Of a stretch of DNA of 64,000 nt, positions 27,839-37,062 are shown piece by piece. Below the pieces are notes generated by a model. That model saw only the letters and a list, made by a program, of their open reading frames with translations, was not told the DNA's origin and ran no database searches. The translations under genes and the position numbers were made by a program. Position 1 is the first letter of the stretch, and each line of letters begins with the position of its first letter. This DNA is from Vulcanimicrobiota bacterium (lineage in GTDB: Bacteria; Vulcanimicrobiota; Vulcanimicrobiia; Vulcanimicrobiales; Vulcanimicrobiaceae). The DNA is taken from the NCBI GenBank assembly GCA_963695225.1, contig OY968762.1, forward strand, positions 2,560,001-2,624,000, in the 5' to 3' direction.

Positions 27839-29443
27839 TCAGGAAAGGCCGAGCGCGGCGTTGACCGGCAGGTGCGCGAGGACTCTCGGGTCGATCGCGC
27901 CTGCGGCGAGCATGCCGCCGACGAGGGCGCCGAAGACTCCGGGCGTCACGACGTCTTGACCCGCGAGATAGAGGCCGCGGATCGGCGTGCGCGGGCCGAG
28001 GTGCGGCGAAAGGAAGCGGCGCGGGCTCGCTTCGATTCCGTAGATCGCGCCGCGGGGGGCGCTCGAGTAGGAGGCGACGGTCGCCGGCGTGGAGAGTTCG
28101 TGATAGGAGATCAGCGGCGCGAGGCGCGGGAAATACCGCGAAAACTGCGCGAGCAATTTCCGGCTCAACTCGGCTTTCCGTTGCCGGTACGCATCGAGTG
28201 CGGCTTGGTCGCGCTTCTCGATCACGTCGACGAACGCGTCGGCGCTCGCCATCACGATGATTCCGGCGGTGTGTTTGTTCCCCGGCCCCGCGTCGTGCTT
28301 GGGGTCGTGCAGCGTCGGGAACGAGACGAACATCATGGGCGCGTCGCCGGGCGCGAAGGGGTCGCTCCACAGGTTCGCGTTCTGATCCCAGGTTTCGTAG
28401 AACCAATGATTGCAAACCGTCGCGCCATGTGCCGCGATGTCGCCTTCCAATCCGAGATGCAGGATGACGGCGCTATGCGAGGGAGTGAACGAGAGAATCT
28501 CCCGGGCCCACGCCGTCTCGCGCAGCGGCGCGGGAAGCAAACGGCCGATCGTGTTCAGGCTGCCGGCGTCCGAGATCACGCGGGAACTACGAAAGATTCG
28601 GCCGTCCGCCGTCCTCACGCCGGCCGCGGCACCACGGTCGAGCAGAATCTCCTCGACGCGCGAATCGACGAGCAAGCGGCCTCCCGCGCGCTCGATGACG
28701 GGCTGCATCCGGCGGCAGAGGACGGCTCCGCCGCCGACCGGATAGAACGCGCCATTGAAGAAACTCCGCGTGACTTTAGCGTGCAGCCCGAAGCTCGCCG
28801 CCGACGGAATCGCACCGTAATCACACCATTGCGCTCCGAGCACGGCGCGGAGCTTCGGGTCGCCGATCGTGCGCTCGAGCATTTGGTGGACGGTGATGCC
28901 GCACCAGCGCGCGATCTCGCGGCGCTTCAGCGCGGCATAGAACGGCGCGAGCGCGGCGGGTAATCCGCGCAGGATGAACGATGCGGTCAGCGCGTTCGAG
29001 GCCCGCTTGAGCGCGTCGAAGTATGCGTCGATCTGCACGCTCGAGTCCGGAAACTTCTCCTTGAGATTGCGCTTGAGCGCGCCTTCGGGATGGTCGAACG
29101 CGATTTCGAAACCGCCGGGAAGGTGGACGTAATCGTACGTCGATCCGAATGCGAACGCGTCGACGGGACCGTCGCAGAGCCATGCGAGCGGGACGGCCGC
29201 ATCCAAACCGGGTCCGAGATCGCTGAGATAATGCAGGCCGACGTCCCACGTATATCCGTTGCGCGAGAACGAATTCGTCGAACCGCCGAGCGCGTGTTGC
29301 TGCTCGAGAACGAGAACGCGCTTGTTGGTTCGCGCGAGAGCGGCGGCGCATGCAAGGCCGCCGATGCCTGAACCGATGACGATCGCGTCCCAAGGGACGG
29401 TCGTCAGGTCAAGAGGTAACGCGGCCGGTGTAAAGGCGCCCAC
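27839..29443 (-). CDS. Phytoene desaturase/CrtISO/retinol-saturase superfamily FAD oxidoreductase
   Basis: DAIVIGSGIGGL, VLEQ, WDVGLHY, STP.T, GAIYG, GLYLAGQD; start approximate. Confidence 0.85.
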   Translation of the reverse strand: MGAFTPAALPLDLTTVPWDAIVIGSGIGGLACAAALARTNKRVLVLEQQHALGGSTNSFSRNGYTWDVGLHYLSDLGPGLDAAVPLAWLCDGPVDAFAFGSTYDYVHLPGGFEIAFDHPEGALKRNLKEKFPDSSVQIDAYFDALKRASNALTASFILRGLPAALAPFYAALKRREIARWCGITVHQMLERTIGDPKLRAVLGAQWCDYGAIPSAASFGLHAKVTRSFFNGAFYPVGGGAVLCRRMQPVIERAGGRLLVDSRVEEILLDRGAAAGVRTADGRIFRSSRVISDAGSLNTIGRLLPAPLRETAWAREILSFTPSHSAVILHLGLEGDIAAHGATVCNHWFYETWDQNANLWSDPFAPGDAPMMFVSFPTLHDPKHDAGPGNKHTAGIIVMASADAFVDVIEKRDQAALDAYRQRKAELSRKLLAQFSRYFPRLAPLISYHELSTPATVASYSSAPRGAIYGIEASPRRFLSPHLGPRTPIRGLYLAGQDVVTPGVFGALVGGMLAAGAIDPRVLAHLPVNAALGLS

Positions 29444-29879
29444 GTGGTGGCCTTCACGCTCGATTCTGCAAGGCCTTGTAGCGAGCGGGAGCTCTCTGCC
29501 AAGCGCGTTCAGAGGCGTCATTTGCGTCGGCCCGCGGGGCGAGCGGCGCCGCCGAGAGAGTCCCTGCGTTCGAGGTCCTTCCTCGGAGCGCGCCGCGTGG
29601 ATTGCGACTTGTGTCGAGCGGGAACGCGCGTTCGGGTTCCCGCGCGAGCAAGCGGAGGACGGCAGTTTCGGAGCCATCTTGTCGAAGAGCGAAGCAATCG
29701 GCAAGAGTACGTGGAGTGAAGTGGGAAGGATAGGAGTCGCGGTCTGACCAACTCAGGCGCGATGAAACCGAACGCGTTCGTTCGAGTCTCCCCTCCTTGC
29801 CGGCCGTGTGCGTCGCGATGCAAGTACGCCGCATACCGCGGACCGGCGCGCGACGGCGTCGCTAGATAGGCTGCCGTCC

Positions 29880-30122
29880 GTGCTCACTAGTGCGACCTTC
29901 ACTTGGATTCGCGTCGCGATCATTCTCGCCGGCGTTGCACTGTTCACGTGGTCGTGGTACGTGGAAAAGTTCAAGTGGGGAACCGAGGGGCACGATCCGA
30001 TCCGCGACGCGAACGCGTTTTCGCTGCGGGCAGGCAGCGTCGTGCTGATCATCGTCACGCTGATGACGTGGGTGATCGCGTACGGGCCGGTAGATTTCTC
30101 GAAGCCCTATAACGGGCACTAA
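29880..30122 (+). CDS. Small two-TM hypothetical protein upstream of bchP
   Basis: Two hydrophobic helices in an 80-aa ORF. Confidence 0.55.
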   Translation: MLTSATFTWIRVAIILAGVALFTWSWYVEKFKWGTEGHDPIRDANAFSLRAGSVVLIIVTLMTWVIAYGPVDFSKPYNGH

Positions 30123-30248
30123 CCGCGCGGTGGAACGAGCGGTTCGCTCGTAGCGTCGAAAGCGCGTGACCGCGCTCGCAATCGAGCTTCGCGCGGAAGA
30201 ACGCGGCCGGCGAGATTCGAGACGTTGCGGACGGGAGCGAGGGATTGC

Positions 30249-31436
30249 ATGGAGTCGGTGGAGTTCTTGATCGTCGGGTGTGGTCCGGCGGGCGGCGTCG
30301 CCGCGCGTGAGGCCGCTCGCGCCGGCGTCGAGACGCTGGTGCTGGAGAAGGATCCGGTCGTCGGCGAACGCCGCGTTTGCGCCGCGGGATTGCGCCCCGC
30401 ATTTCTCGAGGAGTTCGATCTGCCGCGCTCGATCGTGCATTGCGATCCGATGACGATTGCGATGCACTCGCCGACGCGCCGGCACGATCTTCGCTTCGGT
30501 CCGACGCACACGACGACGCGCGAAGAGCTCGACGGCACGATCGCAGAACTTGCACGGCGCGAAGGCGCGCAGATCCGCACGAACTCGCTCTATCGCGCGA
30601 TGCGCGATGAAGGCGGCTGGACGATCGTCGAGTACGCGGACGTGACGGCCGGCGAGCGCCGCGCTATCCGCGCGAAGAACGTGTTCCTCGCCCCGGGATC
30701 GACGGCGCGTCTCGAAAACGATCCGCGCTTCGCGTTCGAGCGGTGGAACGCGTGGCTCGTCACGTGCCTGCAATATCGGGTCTATCTCGAGCAGCCGGCG
30801 GTCCCCGAAACATACGGAACGCTCGAGATGCACTACTATCACGGTCTGTGCGCGCGGCCCGTGATGGCCTGGACGTTTCCGAAGCGGGATCATCTCACGA
30901 TCGGGCTCGGCGTGACGGCGAAGATCTCCGGCGCCGAATTGCGTCGCGAACTCGATGCCTTCTTGGCGAGCGTCGAACGCCGTCTGTTCAAGGGGATCGG
31001 TTATCGCGTTCGCGTCGAAGGGAATCTGCTCTACGGCGGTCCGCCGCGGCCTCGGATCGCGGCCGGCAACGTGATGGTCGGCGGCACGGCCGCCGGACTC
31101 GTCGACGCGACGACCGGGGAGGGCATCTACGAGGCCGCCGCGAGCGGCCGGATCGCCGCGGCGGCGGTTGCGCAGTCCAAGCGCGGCGGGGCGCGCCCTG
31201 CCGGCCGCACGTACGAGCGCGGCCTCAAGGCGGGTTTCTACGGCCGTTTAAGGGACCGCCACCACTTGATGAACTTCCTCGAGAAGAAGCCGCGCCGCTT
31301 CGACGTCCTGTTCGAACAACTCGTGCGCTCGCCGCGGCTCTCCGACTTGATCCAACGCGATCGCGACGATTACACGCTCGGGCAGTGGTTGTACATCTAC
31401 TCGCACATGCTTCGGTTCACGCTCAAGGCGCTCTGA
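30249..31436 (+). CDS. bchP: Geranylgeranyl reductase family protein
   Basis: VGCGPAG, VCAAG, REELD, W.FPK.DH..IG, AAGLV...TGEGIY.A..SG; photosynthesis context. Confidence 0.78.
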   Translation: MESVEFLIVGCGPAGGVAAREAARAGVETLVLEKDPVVGERRVCAAGLRPAFLEEFDLPRSIVHCDPMTIAMHSPTRRHDLRFGPTHTTTREELDGTIAELARREGAQIRTNSLYRAMRDEGGWTIVEYADVTAGERRAIRAKNVFLAPGSTARLENDPRFAFERWNAWLVTCLQYRVYLEQPAVPETYGTLEMHYYHGLCARPVMAWTFPKRDHLTIGLGVTAKISGAELRRELDAFLASVERRLFKGIGYRVRVEGNLLYGGPPRPRIAAGNVMVGGTAAGLVDATTGEGIYEAAASGRIAAAAVAQSKRGGARPAGRTYERGLKAGFYGRLRDRHHLMNFLEKKPRRFDVLFEQLVRSPRLSDLIQRDRDDYTLGQWLYIYSHMLRFTLKAL

Positions 31437-31653
31437 AGCCCGCCTCTATAGCTCGGCGGAGCGGGCGATCTTCTCCGCGCTGCGCCGGTCTGCGCCGCGC
31501 GGGCGGGAGCGCAATTCGCGCGACGGGCGTCAATAGAGCACCGGCCTCGCGCGCTTTCCCGCGTCTGTGACCTGGTCCCTTGACCCCCGGGCGCGCGTCG
31601 CCATACGATGGTATCCGGCCTGTTGTATCTTCATTTCAGGTTCGAGGAAGCGC

Positions 31654-32367
31654 ATGAATCAGAATACGCAGACGCCCTACGTCGACGAAGCACCGGTCAC
31701 TTCGGCCGGCACGTTCGCCGGAGTCGAGTTTGCCGAGAATCCCGAACCGCGCTGCGCCTGCATCTTGGTGCTCGATACATCCGGGTCGATGCAAGGCTCG
31801 CCGATCGACCAGCTCAATGCCGGGCTGAGGTCGTTCAAGGACGAACTGCTCTCCGACGCTCTCGCCGCAAAGCGCGTCGAAATAGCGGTCCTCACGTTCG
31901 GCGACGCTCCCAAGCTCGTCGCCGATTTCACCGACGCCGCGAACTTCGAGCCGCCGCACCTGGTCGCTTCCGGCCAGACTCCGATGGGCGCCGCGATCGA
32001 AGATGCGCTGGGCCGCCTCGCCTCGCGCAAGGAGATGTATCGCAGCAACGGCGTCGCGTATTATCGCCCCTGGGTTTTCCTGATCACGGACGGCGAGCCG
32101 ACGGACGACTATCTTACCGTCGCCAAGGACGTTCGCGCCGGCGAAGCGCGGGGAGCCTTTTCGTTCTACGCGGTCGGCGTCAGCGACGCGAACATGCAGA
32201 AGCTCACCGAGATCGCGCCGGTGAATCGTCCGCCGGTCAAGCTCGACGGCTTGCGTTTCCGCGAACTCTTCGTATGGCTCTCGAAATCGATGCGCACGGT
32301 CTCGCGGTCGACCATCGGGCAGGCCGTCACGCTCGAAGCGCCAGGGTGGATCACGACGCAAGCGTGA
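31654..32367 (+). CDS. TerY/YegL-type vWA domain protein
   Basis: FAENPEPRC.CILVLDTSGSM.G, TPMG, YYRPWVFLITDGEPTD, ELF.WLS.SM. Confidence 0.9.
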   Translation: MNQNTQTPYVDEAPVTSAGTFAGVEFAENPEPRCACILVLDTSGSMQGSPIDQLNAGLRSFKDELLSDALAAKRVEIAVLTFGDAPKLVADFTDAANFEPPHLVASGQTPMGAAIEDALGRLASRKEMYRSNGVAYYRPWVFLITDGEPTDDYLTVAKDVRAGEARGAFSFYAVGVSDANMQKLTEIAPVNRPPVKLDGLRFRELFVWLSKSMRTVSRSTIGQAVTLEAPGWITTQA

Positions 32368-32437
32368 ATCGGGGGCGCGACTGCGCGCCCCCGCGCCGCC
32401 GGTTCCGCGCCGCAGACCGGCGCCGGGGCGGCCTTTG

Positions 32438-34393
32438 ATGTTTCGCGACTCGTCCGGCGCGACGCTCACGATCGGCAAGAAGCTCGGCGAGGGCGGTGAG
32501 GGCGTCGTCTTCACGACGAACGAACGCAGCGACGTCGTCGCGAAGATCTACTCGCGCCCGTTGACGCCGCTCCAGGTCGCCAAGCTCGAGCAGATGGTCT
32601 ACGCGGGTGACGACGCGCTCGGATCGGTCGCCGCCTGGCCCACTTCGATGTTGTACAAGGGCGCGCAGCCGGTCGGCTTCACGATGCCGCTCTTGACCTC
32701 GCAGCATCCGCTGCACGATCTCTTCGGTCCGAGACGCCGCCAGGCGCTCTTCCCGAACGCGCACTGGAGCTTCCTCGTCCACACCGGCATCAACCTATCG
32801 CGAGCGTTCGAGGTGCTGCACGACCGCAACGTCGTCGTCGGCGACGTCAACTCGAACAACGTCGTCATCTTCCGCGATTCGACCGCGCGCTTGATCGATT
32901 GCGACAGCTTCCAGATTCGCAGCAACGGGACGGTCTTTCGTTGCAACGTGGGCGTGGCGGAATACCAGCCGCCGGAGTTGCAGGGCGGCGATTTCTCGCG
33001 GATCGACCGGCTCCCGCACCACGACCTCTTCGGCCTGGCGGTGATGATCTTCCAGCTATTGTTCGTCGGGAAGCATCCCTTTGCGGGCATCCTTCCGACG
33101 ATCGGGCACGACGCCATGCCGATCGGAGCGAACGTCGCCGCCCGCCGCTTCTTCTACGGCGGGGACGAGCAGCGCCGGGGCCTGCGCCCGCCGCCCGGCA
33201 GCCTGGCGCTCACCGCGATCACGCCGCAGCTCTCGACGCTCTTCCAACGCGCGTTCGTCGGCGACCCCATGCGCCGCCCGAACGCCGCGGCCTGGCGCAC
33301 CGCGCTCGACGACCTCAAGGCGAAGACGGTCGTCTGCCGCTGGAATCCGTTGCATCATTATCTGCGCGGGACGGCCTGCCCGTGGTGCGATCTCGAGAGC
33401 TCCGGACTCTACTATTTCAACGACGGCGCGCTTGCGAGCGGGCACGACGAGCAAATCTGGCAGGGTTGCAGCGATGCGGAGGTGGAGCGCATCTGGGCCG
33501 AGATCGAGGCGGTCCAGCCGCCGCCGGAAGTCGATCCGACGATCGAGCCGGTGCGCACCTACGAGCCCGAGCCCATCGCGCTGTGGCTCAAGCATCGCCG
33601 CAGATCGTATCGCGACGGCGCCATCGCCACGATCGCCGCTTCCGGCGCGTTGCTCTTCCTGCACAAGCCTTGGCTCGCGATGGGGCTCGTGCTCGCGGTG
33701 CTCGTCCTGGGATTCATCTTTCGGCCGGATGCGCGCACCGTCGCCACGCAGCGCGCGAAGCGGCACGCCGAGGCACGCAGGGTCTTCAAGGCCGCGGAAC
33801 GCGAGTGGACGCGCGCGGCCCGGAACACGCGCTTCGCCGAGGAGCGGGAACGGCTTGCCCGCATCAAGGCCAGGTTGCTGGACCAGCGCGCGCGCTACGC
33901 CGCGGAGCTTGCCGGGCTCGAGAAGAGCCGGGAGCGCAAGGAACGCAACGCGCTCCTCGCGCGCCACACGATCGCTGCCTGCAACATCTCGGAGATCACC
34001 TGGCAGACGCGGCTGCTCCTGCGCTCGTGGGGAATCGAGACCGCAGCCGACGTGACGTTCGATAACCTCGAGCGCGTCCCGGGGCTCTGGCGGCCCGCGA
34101 AGTACTATCTTCTGGCTTGGCGCCAGACCGTCGAACGCAGGCTCAACTACAAGCCGAAGAAGGGCCTAGGCCCGGAGATCGTCCGCGAGTTCAAATCGGC
34201 CCACACGCGCGAGCGGAACGAAAACCACGCGCAGCTCGCCGCCGGCGCCGCGCAACTCCGCCAAATCGCGCTGGAGACGCAGCGCCAGCGCCCCGCGCTC
34301 GAAAAGGCCGCCCGCGAGGCCGCCGAGGTCTATTGGCAAGCGCAAGCCGACGACAACCTCTCCCCGCTCCTCTATTGGACCGCCTTCATGTAG
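32438..34393 (+). CDS. YegI-like membrane protein kinase
   Basis: LGEGGEG.V, VAKIY, GDVN..N, LIDCDSFQ, PPELQ, GKHPF, C..CPWC, TM pair. Confidence 0.88.
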   Translation: MFRDSSGATLTIGKKLGEGGEGVVFTTNERSDVVAKIYSRPLTPLQVAKLEQMVYAGDDALGSVAAWPTSMLYKGAQPVGFTMPLLTSQHPLHDLFGPRRRQALFPNAHWSFLVHTGINLSRAFEVLHDRNVVVGDVNSNNVVIFRDSTARLIDCDSFQIRSNGTVFRCNVGVAEYQPPELQGGDFSRIDRLPHHDLFGLAVMIFQLLFVGKHPFAGILPTIGHDAMPIGANVAARRFFYGGDEQRRGLRPPPGSLALTAITPQLSTLFQRAFVGDPMRRPNAAAWRTALDDLKAKTVVCRWNPLHHYLRGTACPWCDLESSGLYYFNDGALASGHDEQIWQGCSDAEVERIWAEIEAVQPPPEVDPTIEPVRTYEPEPIALWLKHRRRSYRDGAIATIAASGALLFLHKPWLAMGLVLAVLVLGFIFRPDARTVATQRAKRHAEARRVFKAAEREWTRAARNTRFAEERERLARIKARLLDQRARYAAELAGLEKSRERKERNALLARHTIAACNISEITWQTRLLLRSWGIETAADVTFDNLERVPGLWRPAKYYLLAWRQTVERRLNYKPKKGLGPEIVREFKSAHTRERNENHAQLAAGAAQLRQIALETQRQRPALEKAAREAAEVYWQAQADDNLSPLLYWTAFM

Positions 34394-34524
34394 GCACCGC
34401 CGGCCGAACCCCGGATCGCCCCGCCGGTGCGCGACCGGTTCGCCCGGGGCGGCGAAGCCGTCGCGGGGCATTCGTGGAAACGGCGAGAAGTGCGAACCGA
34501 TATGAAACCGCTGGATGCGCGAGG

Positions 34525-35070
34525 ATGAGGGGCTCGACGCGGGGGCTGCGAATCGCGCTGGCGGTCTGGGGCGCCTGGGAGATCCTCAACGGCGTGCTGG
34601 CCACGTTCGTGACGAAGGCCGGCGCAGAGATGGTCGGCTGGGCCCCCAAGTTCGGCTGGAATTCGGACATCCTCGCGATGAGCGCGCAGTACGGCATGGG
34701 CCTGTTCCTGCTCGGCTTCGTCTACCTGCTGGCCTCGACCGACCCGGTCCGCTACGCGATCTTCGTGTGGGTCGCCGTCGCCGAACAGGGCCTCGGGATC
34801 CTCATCGGCTTCAACGGCACGTTCGTCGTCCGCACCATCACCGTTCCGCAATTCTTCGCGCTGGTCATCATCAACCTCATCATCGCCACGATCTTCCTCA
34901 CGCTACGCCAAGACGAACCGGCTACACTTGCGCCGCCGCTCGGCGCCGGTTCCCACGCGCCCGAAGCCGCGCGAGCCACCGCAGCGCACGCCGCGACCCA
35001 CTCCAACGGATCGATCCCGCCCGTCCCCGCCCCCGACCTCGCAAGCGCCCAAAGCGGCCCGCCTGCCTGA
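34525..35070 (+). CDS. Four-TM hypothetical membrane protein (paralogue 1)
   Basis: WGAWE..N...MVGW.P.FGWNSD.LAMS.QYG shared with 35513-35965. Confidence 0.8.
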   Translation: MRGSTRGLRIALAVWGAWEILNGVLATFVTKAGAEMVGWAPKFGWNSDILAMSAQYGMGLFLLGFVYLLASTDPVRYAIFVWVAVAEQGLGILIGFNGTFVVRTITVPQFFALVIINLIIATIFLTLRQDEPATLAPPLGAGSHAPEAARATAAHAATHSNGSIPPVPAPDLASAQSGPPA

Positions 35071-35155
35071 GCCATCGTCTCCCGAGGGGCGGCCCGCTCC
35101 CGCCTTCCGATCCGCGGTCTTGCTCGCCGGCGTCCGGCGGCTGGATGCCGGATTC

Positions 35156-35497
35156 TTAGCCTAAGGCGTCGCCGTCGTTCCCGGGCGGGGTGAGGCCTTT
35201 GCGTAAGTCCGCCGCTTCGGCGAGGCGTTTCTGCTCGCCGGCCGGCGTCGTGTGCGTGTGCAGATGCGTCGCTCCGAAGCGCTCGATGCAAGCGGCGCGC
35301 TCCGGTCCGTCGGAGAGCGCCTCCAGGCTTTCGCACTCGCCGACGAAGACCGCCCGCCAAAGTCCGTTCACGCGCTTGGCGTAGATGTAGTTGCCCGCCG
35401 CGCCCTGCATCGGCCGGTCGAGCGCGTAGATCCAGTAGCCGTAGCGCGTCCCGGAAGCGCCTTTCCAGAAGATGTCCGGCAGGAGGGGAGCGGCCAT
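35156..35497 (-). CDS. Hypothetical protein (GIY-YIG-like pattern)
   Basis: GNYIYAK...VFVGE; ATG after GAGG; follows the 4-TM gene. Confidence 0.6.
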   Translation of the reverse strand: MAAPLLPDIFWKGASGTRYGYWIYALDRPMQGAAGNYIYAKRVNGLWRAVFVGECESLEALSDGPERAACIERFGATHLHTHTTPAGEQKRLAEAADLRKGLTPPGNDGDALG

Positions 35498-35512
35498 GCA
35501 ATCGTGTCCTCG

Positions 35513-35965
35513 TTAGCCTTCGGCGCGCGCGCGGGCGGCGTGCGCCGCGGCCGGCTGCGCGACGTGCTCCGGCCGTTCGCTCGGGCGGAGCAAGATGAAG
35601 ACGGCGGCGATGATCGTGTTGGTGATGACGAACGCCAAGAACAGCCCCATCGGCGCCGAGTGGGCCACGAACGTGTCGTAGGAGCCGATCAGGATTCCGA
35701 GCCCCTGTTCGGCGACGGCGACCCAGACGAACGCCGCGTAGCGCACGGGGTTCGTCGCGGCGAGCAAGTACGCGAAGCCGAGCAAGAACATCGTCATCCC
35801 GTACTGCTGGCTCATCGCGAGCACGTCCGAGTTCCAGCCGAAGGCGGGATCCCAGCCGACCATCCGCGCGCCGAGGTGCGGCGCGAACGTCGCGAGCGCC
35901 GCGTTCGCCAACTCCCACGCGCCCCAAAAGACGAATGCGGCGCGCAGCGGGGTCCCCGATCTCAC
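35513..35965 (-). CDS. Four-TM hypothetical membrane protein (paralogue 2)
   Basis: GTG overlaps the stop codon of the Crp regulator (GTGA); paralogue of 34525-35070. Confidence 0.8.
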   Translation of the reverse strand: MRSGTPLRAAFVFWGAWELANAALATFAPHLGARMVGWDPAFGWNSDVLAMSQQYGMTMFLLGFAYLLAATNPVRYAAFVWVAVAEQGLGILIGSYDTFVAHSAPMGLFLAFVITNTIIAAVFILLRPSERPEHVAQPAAAHAARARAEG

Positions 35966-37062
35966 GAAAGCGAGCCGTTCCGGAACACCTCGGCGAGGCG
36001 CTCCACGTCCAGGATCACGATCGAGGACGCGTTGCGATGGACGTCGATGATCCCGAGCTCGCGCAGCTCGGAGAGCTTGCGCGTCACCGTGACGCGATTC
36101 GCCCCGACCATTTCCGCGAGCCGCTTGTGCGTGAGCGGCTGGTTGACGCGTCGCACCATCCGGTCGCCGATCTTGACGGTCTCGGAGAGCTCGAACAGCG
36201 CGCGGCACAGGCGCAGGTCGACGCTCTTGTTGAGCAGGTCCTCGATCAGCAGGTGCGATTCGTTCAAGCGGCGCCCGAAGCTCGAAGCGAATTCCGCCAC
36301 CGCCTCGGGTGACGCGGCGAGGACGTCGCCCAGCGTCTGCTTCGAGAACGCGAGCAGCGTCGTATCCTGCATCGCTTCGCCCCCCAAGCTGACGAGTGCG
36401 GCTTCGGGGCCGACGCAGCGCAGGAACAGCTCGTTCGAGCTCAAGATCGAGAGCGTGAGCGAACGCCCGTCGGAGTGGGTCGCGTAGAGCCGCAGCAGCC
36501 CGCTCTCGACGAAGTAGAACCGCGTGTCCGGCTCCCGGCTCGTGGGGATGTGCTCGCCTTTGCGCAGGAGGATCTGCGTGTGCAGCTTGCGCCGGACCGC
36601 CCGCTCGATCGCGTCGCGTTTGTCGTTGGAGTGCGGAAGCGTCAGCTTCGGGCGCGGGGGCGCCTTTGCGTCGGCCCGCACCGAGCTGTACCCTTCGAGG
36701 ATCGCCGTCGAGACGAGCGTCCGCAGTTCGACCAGCTCGCGAAACACGGGGATCGGCGGGACGCCGAGCGTGTTCGCGACCGCGAGCTCGATGAGGTTCG
36801 TCATCTCGATCGTCCGGCGCGCCGCTTCGGGGTAGGTCGTCCCGGTGATCGATTGGATCTTCCCCGCGGCGCGCGCGGATTCGAGGAGGTGGTCGTAGCG
36901 CGAGTTGTGCGCCGCCTCGACCATCGCTTCCCACGAGCGGTAGCCCTGGTTGATGAACTCCGGGTGGGGCTTCGTATGGAACTCGGTTTGGCTGCGCTCG
37001 ACCCAGCGTGCCGCATACCACTCGGCACTGTCGCGCAACATTCTCGCGAGTTCTTTGGACAC
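35962..37062 (-). CDS. Crp/Fnr-family regulator with NtcA-like recognition helix and extra N-terminal helical domain
   Basis: cNMP-like domain (FYFVESGLLRLY..DGRSLTLSIL), HTH LTHKRLAEMVGANRVTVTR; GTG overlaps bchH TAG. Confidence 0.88.
   Translation of the reverse strand: MSKELARMLRDSAEWYAARWVERSQTEFHTKPHPEFINQGYRSWEAMVEAAHNSRYDHLLESARAAGKIQSITGTTYPEAARRTIEMTNLIELAVANTLGVPPIPVFRELVELRTLVSTAILEGYSSVRADAKAPPRPKLTLPHSNDKRDAIERAVRRKLHTQILLRKGEHIPTSREPDTRFYFVESGLLRLYATHSDGRSLTLSILSSNELFLRCVGPEAALVSLGGEAMQDTTLLAFSKQTLGDVLAASPEAVAEFASSFGRRLNESHLLIEDLLNKSVDLRLCRALFELSETVKIGDRMVRRVNQPLTHKRLAEMVGANRVTVTRKLSELRELGIIDVHRNASSIVILDVERLAEVFRNGSLS

Noticed and set aside
30165..30180. CRP-like site before bchP (cGTGAccgcgcTCGCA)
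   Set aside because: No TAN3T at the 22-23 nt spacing seen in the other promoters
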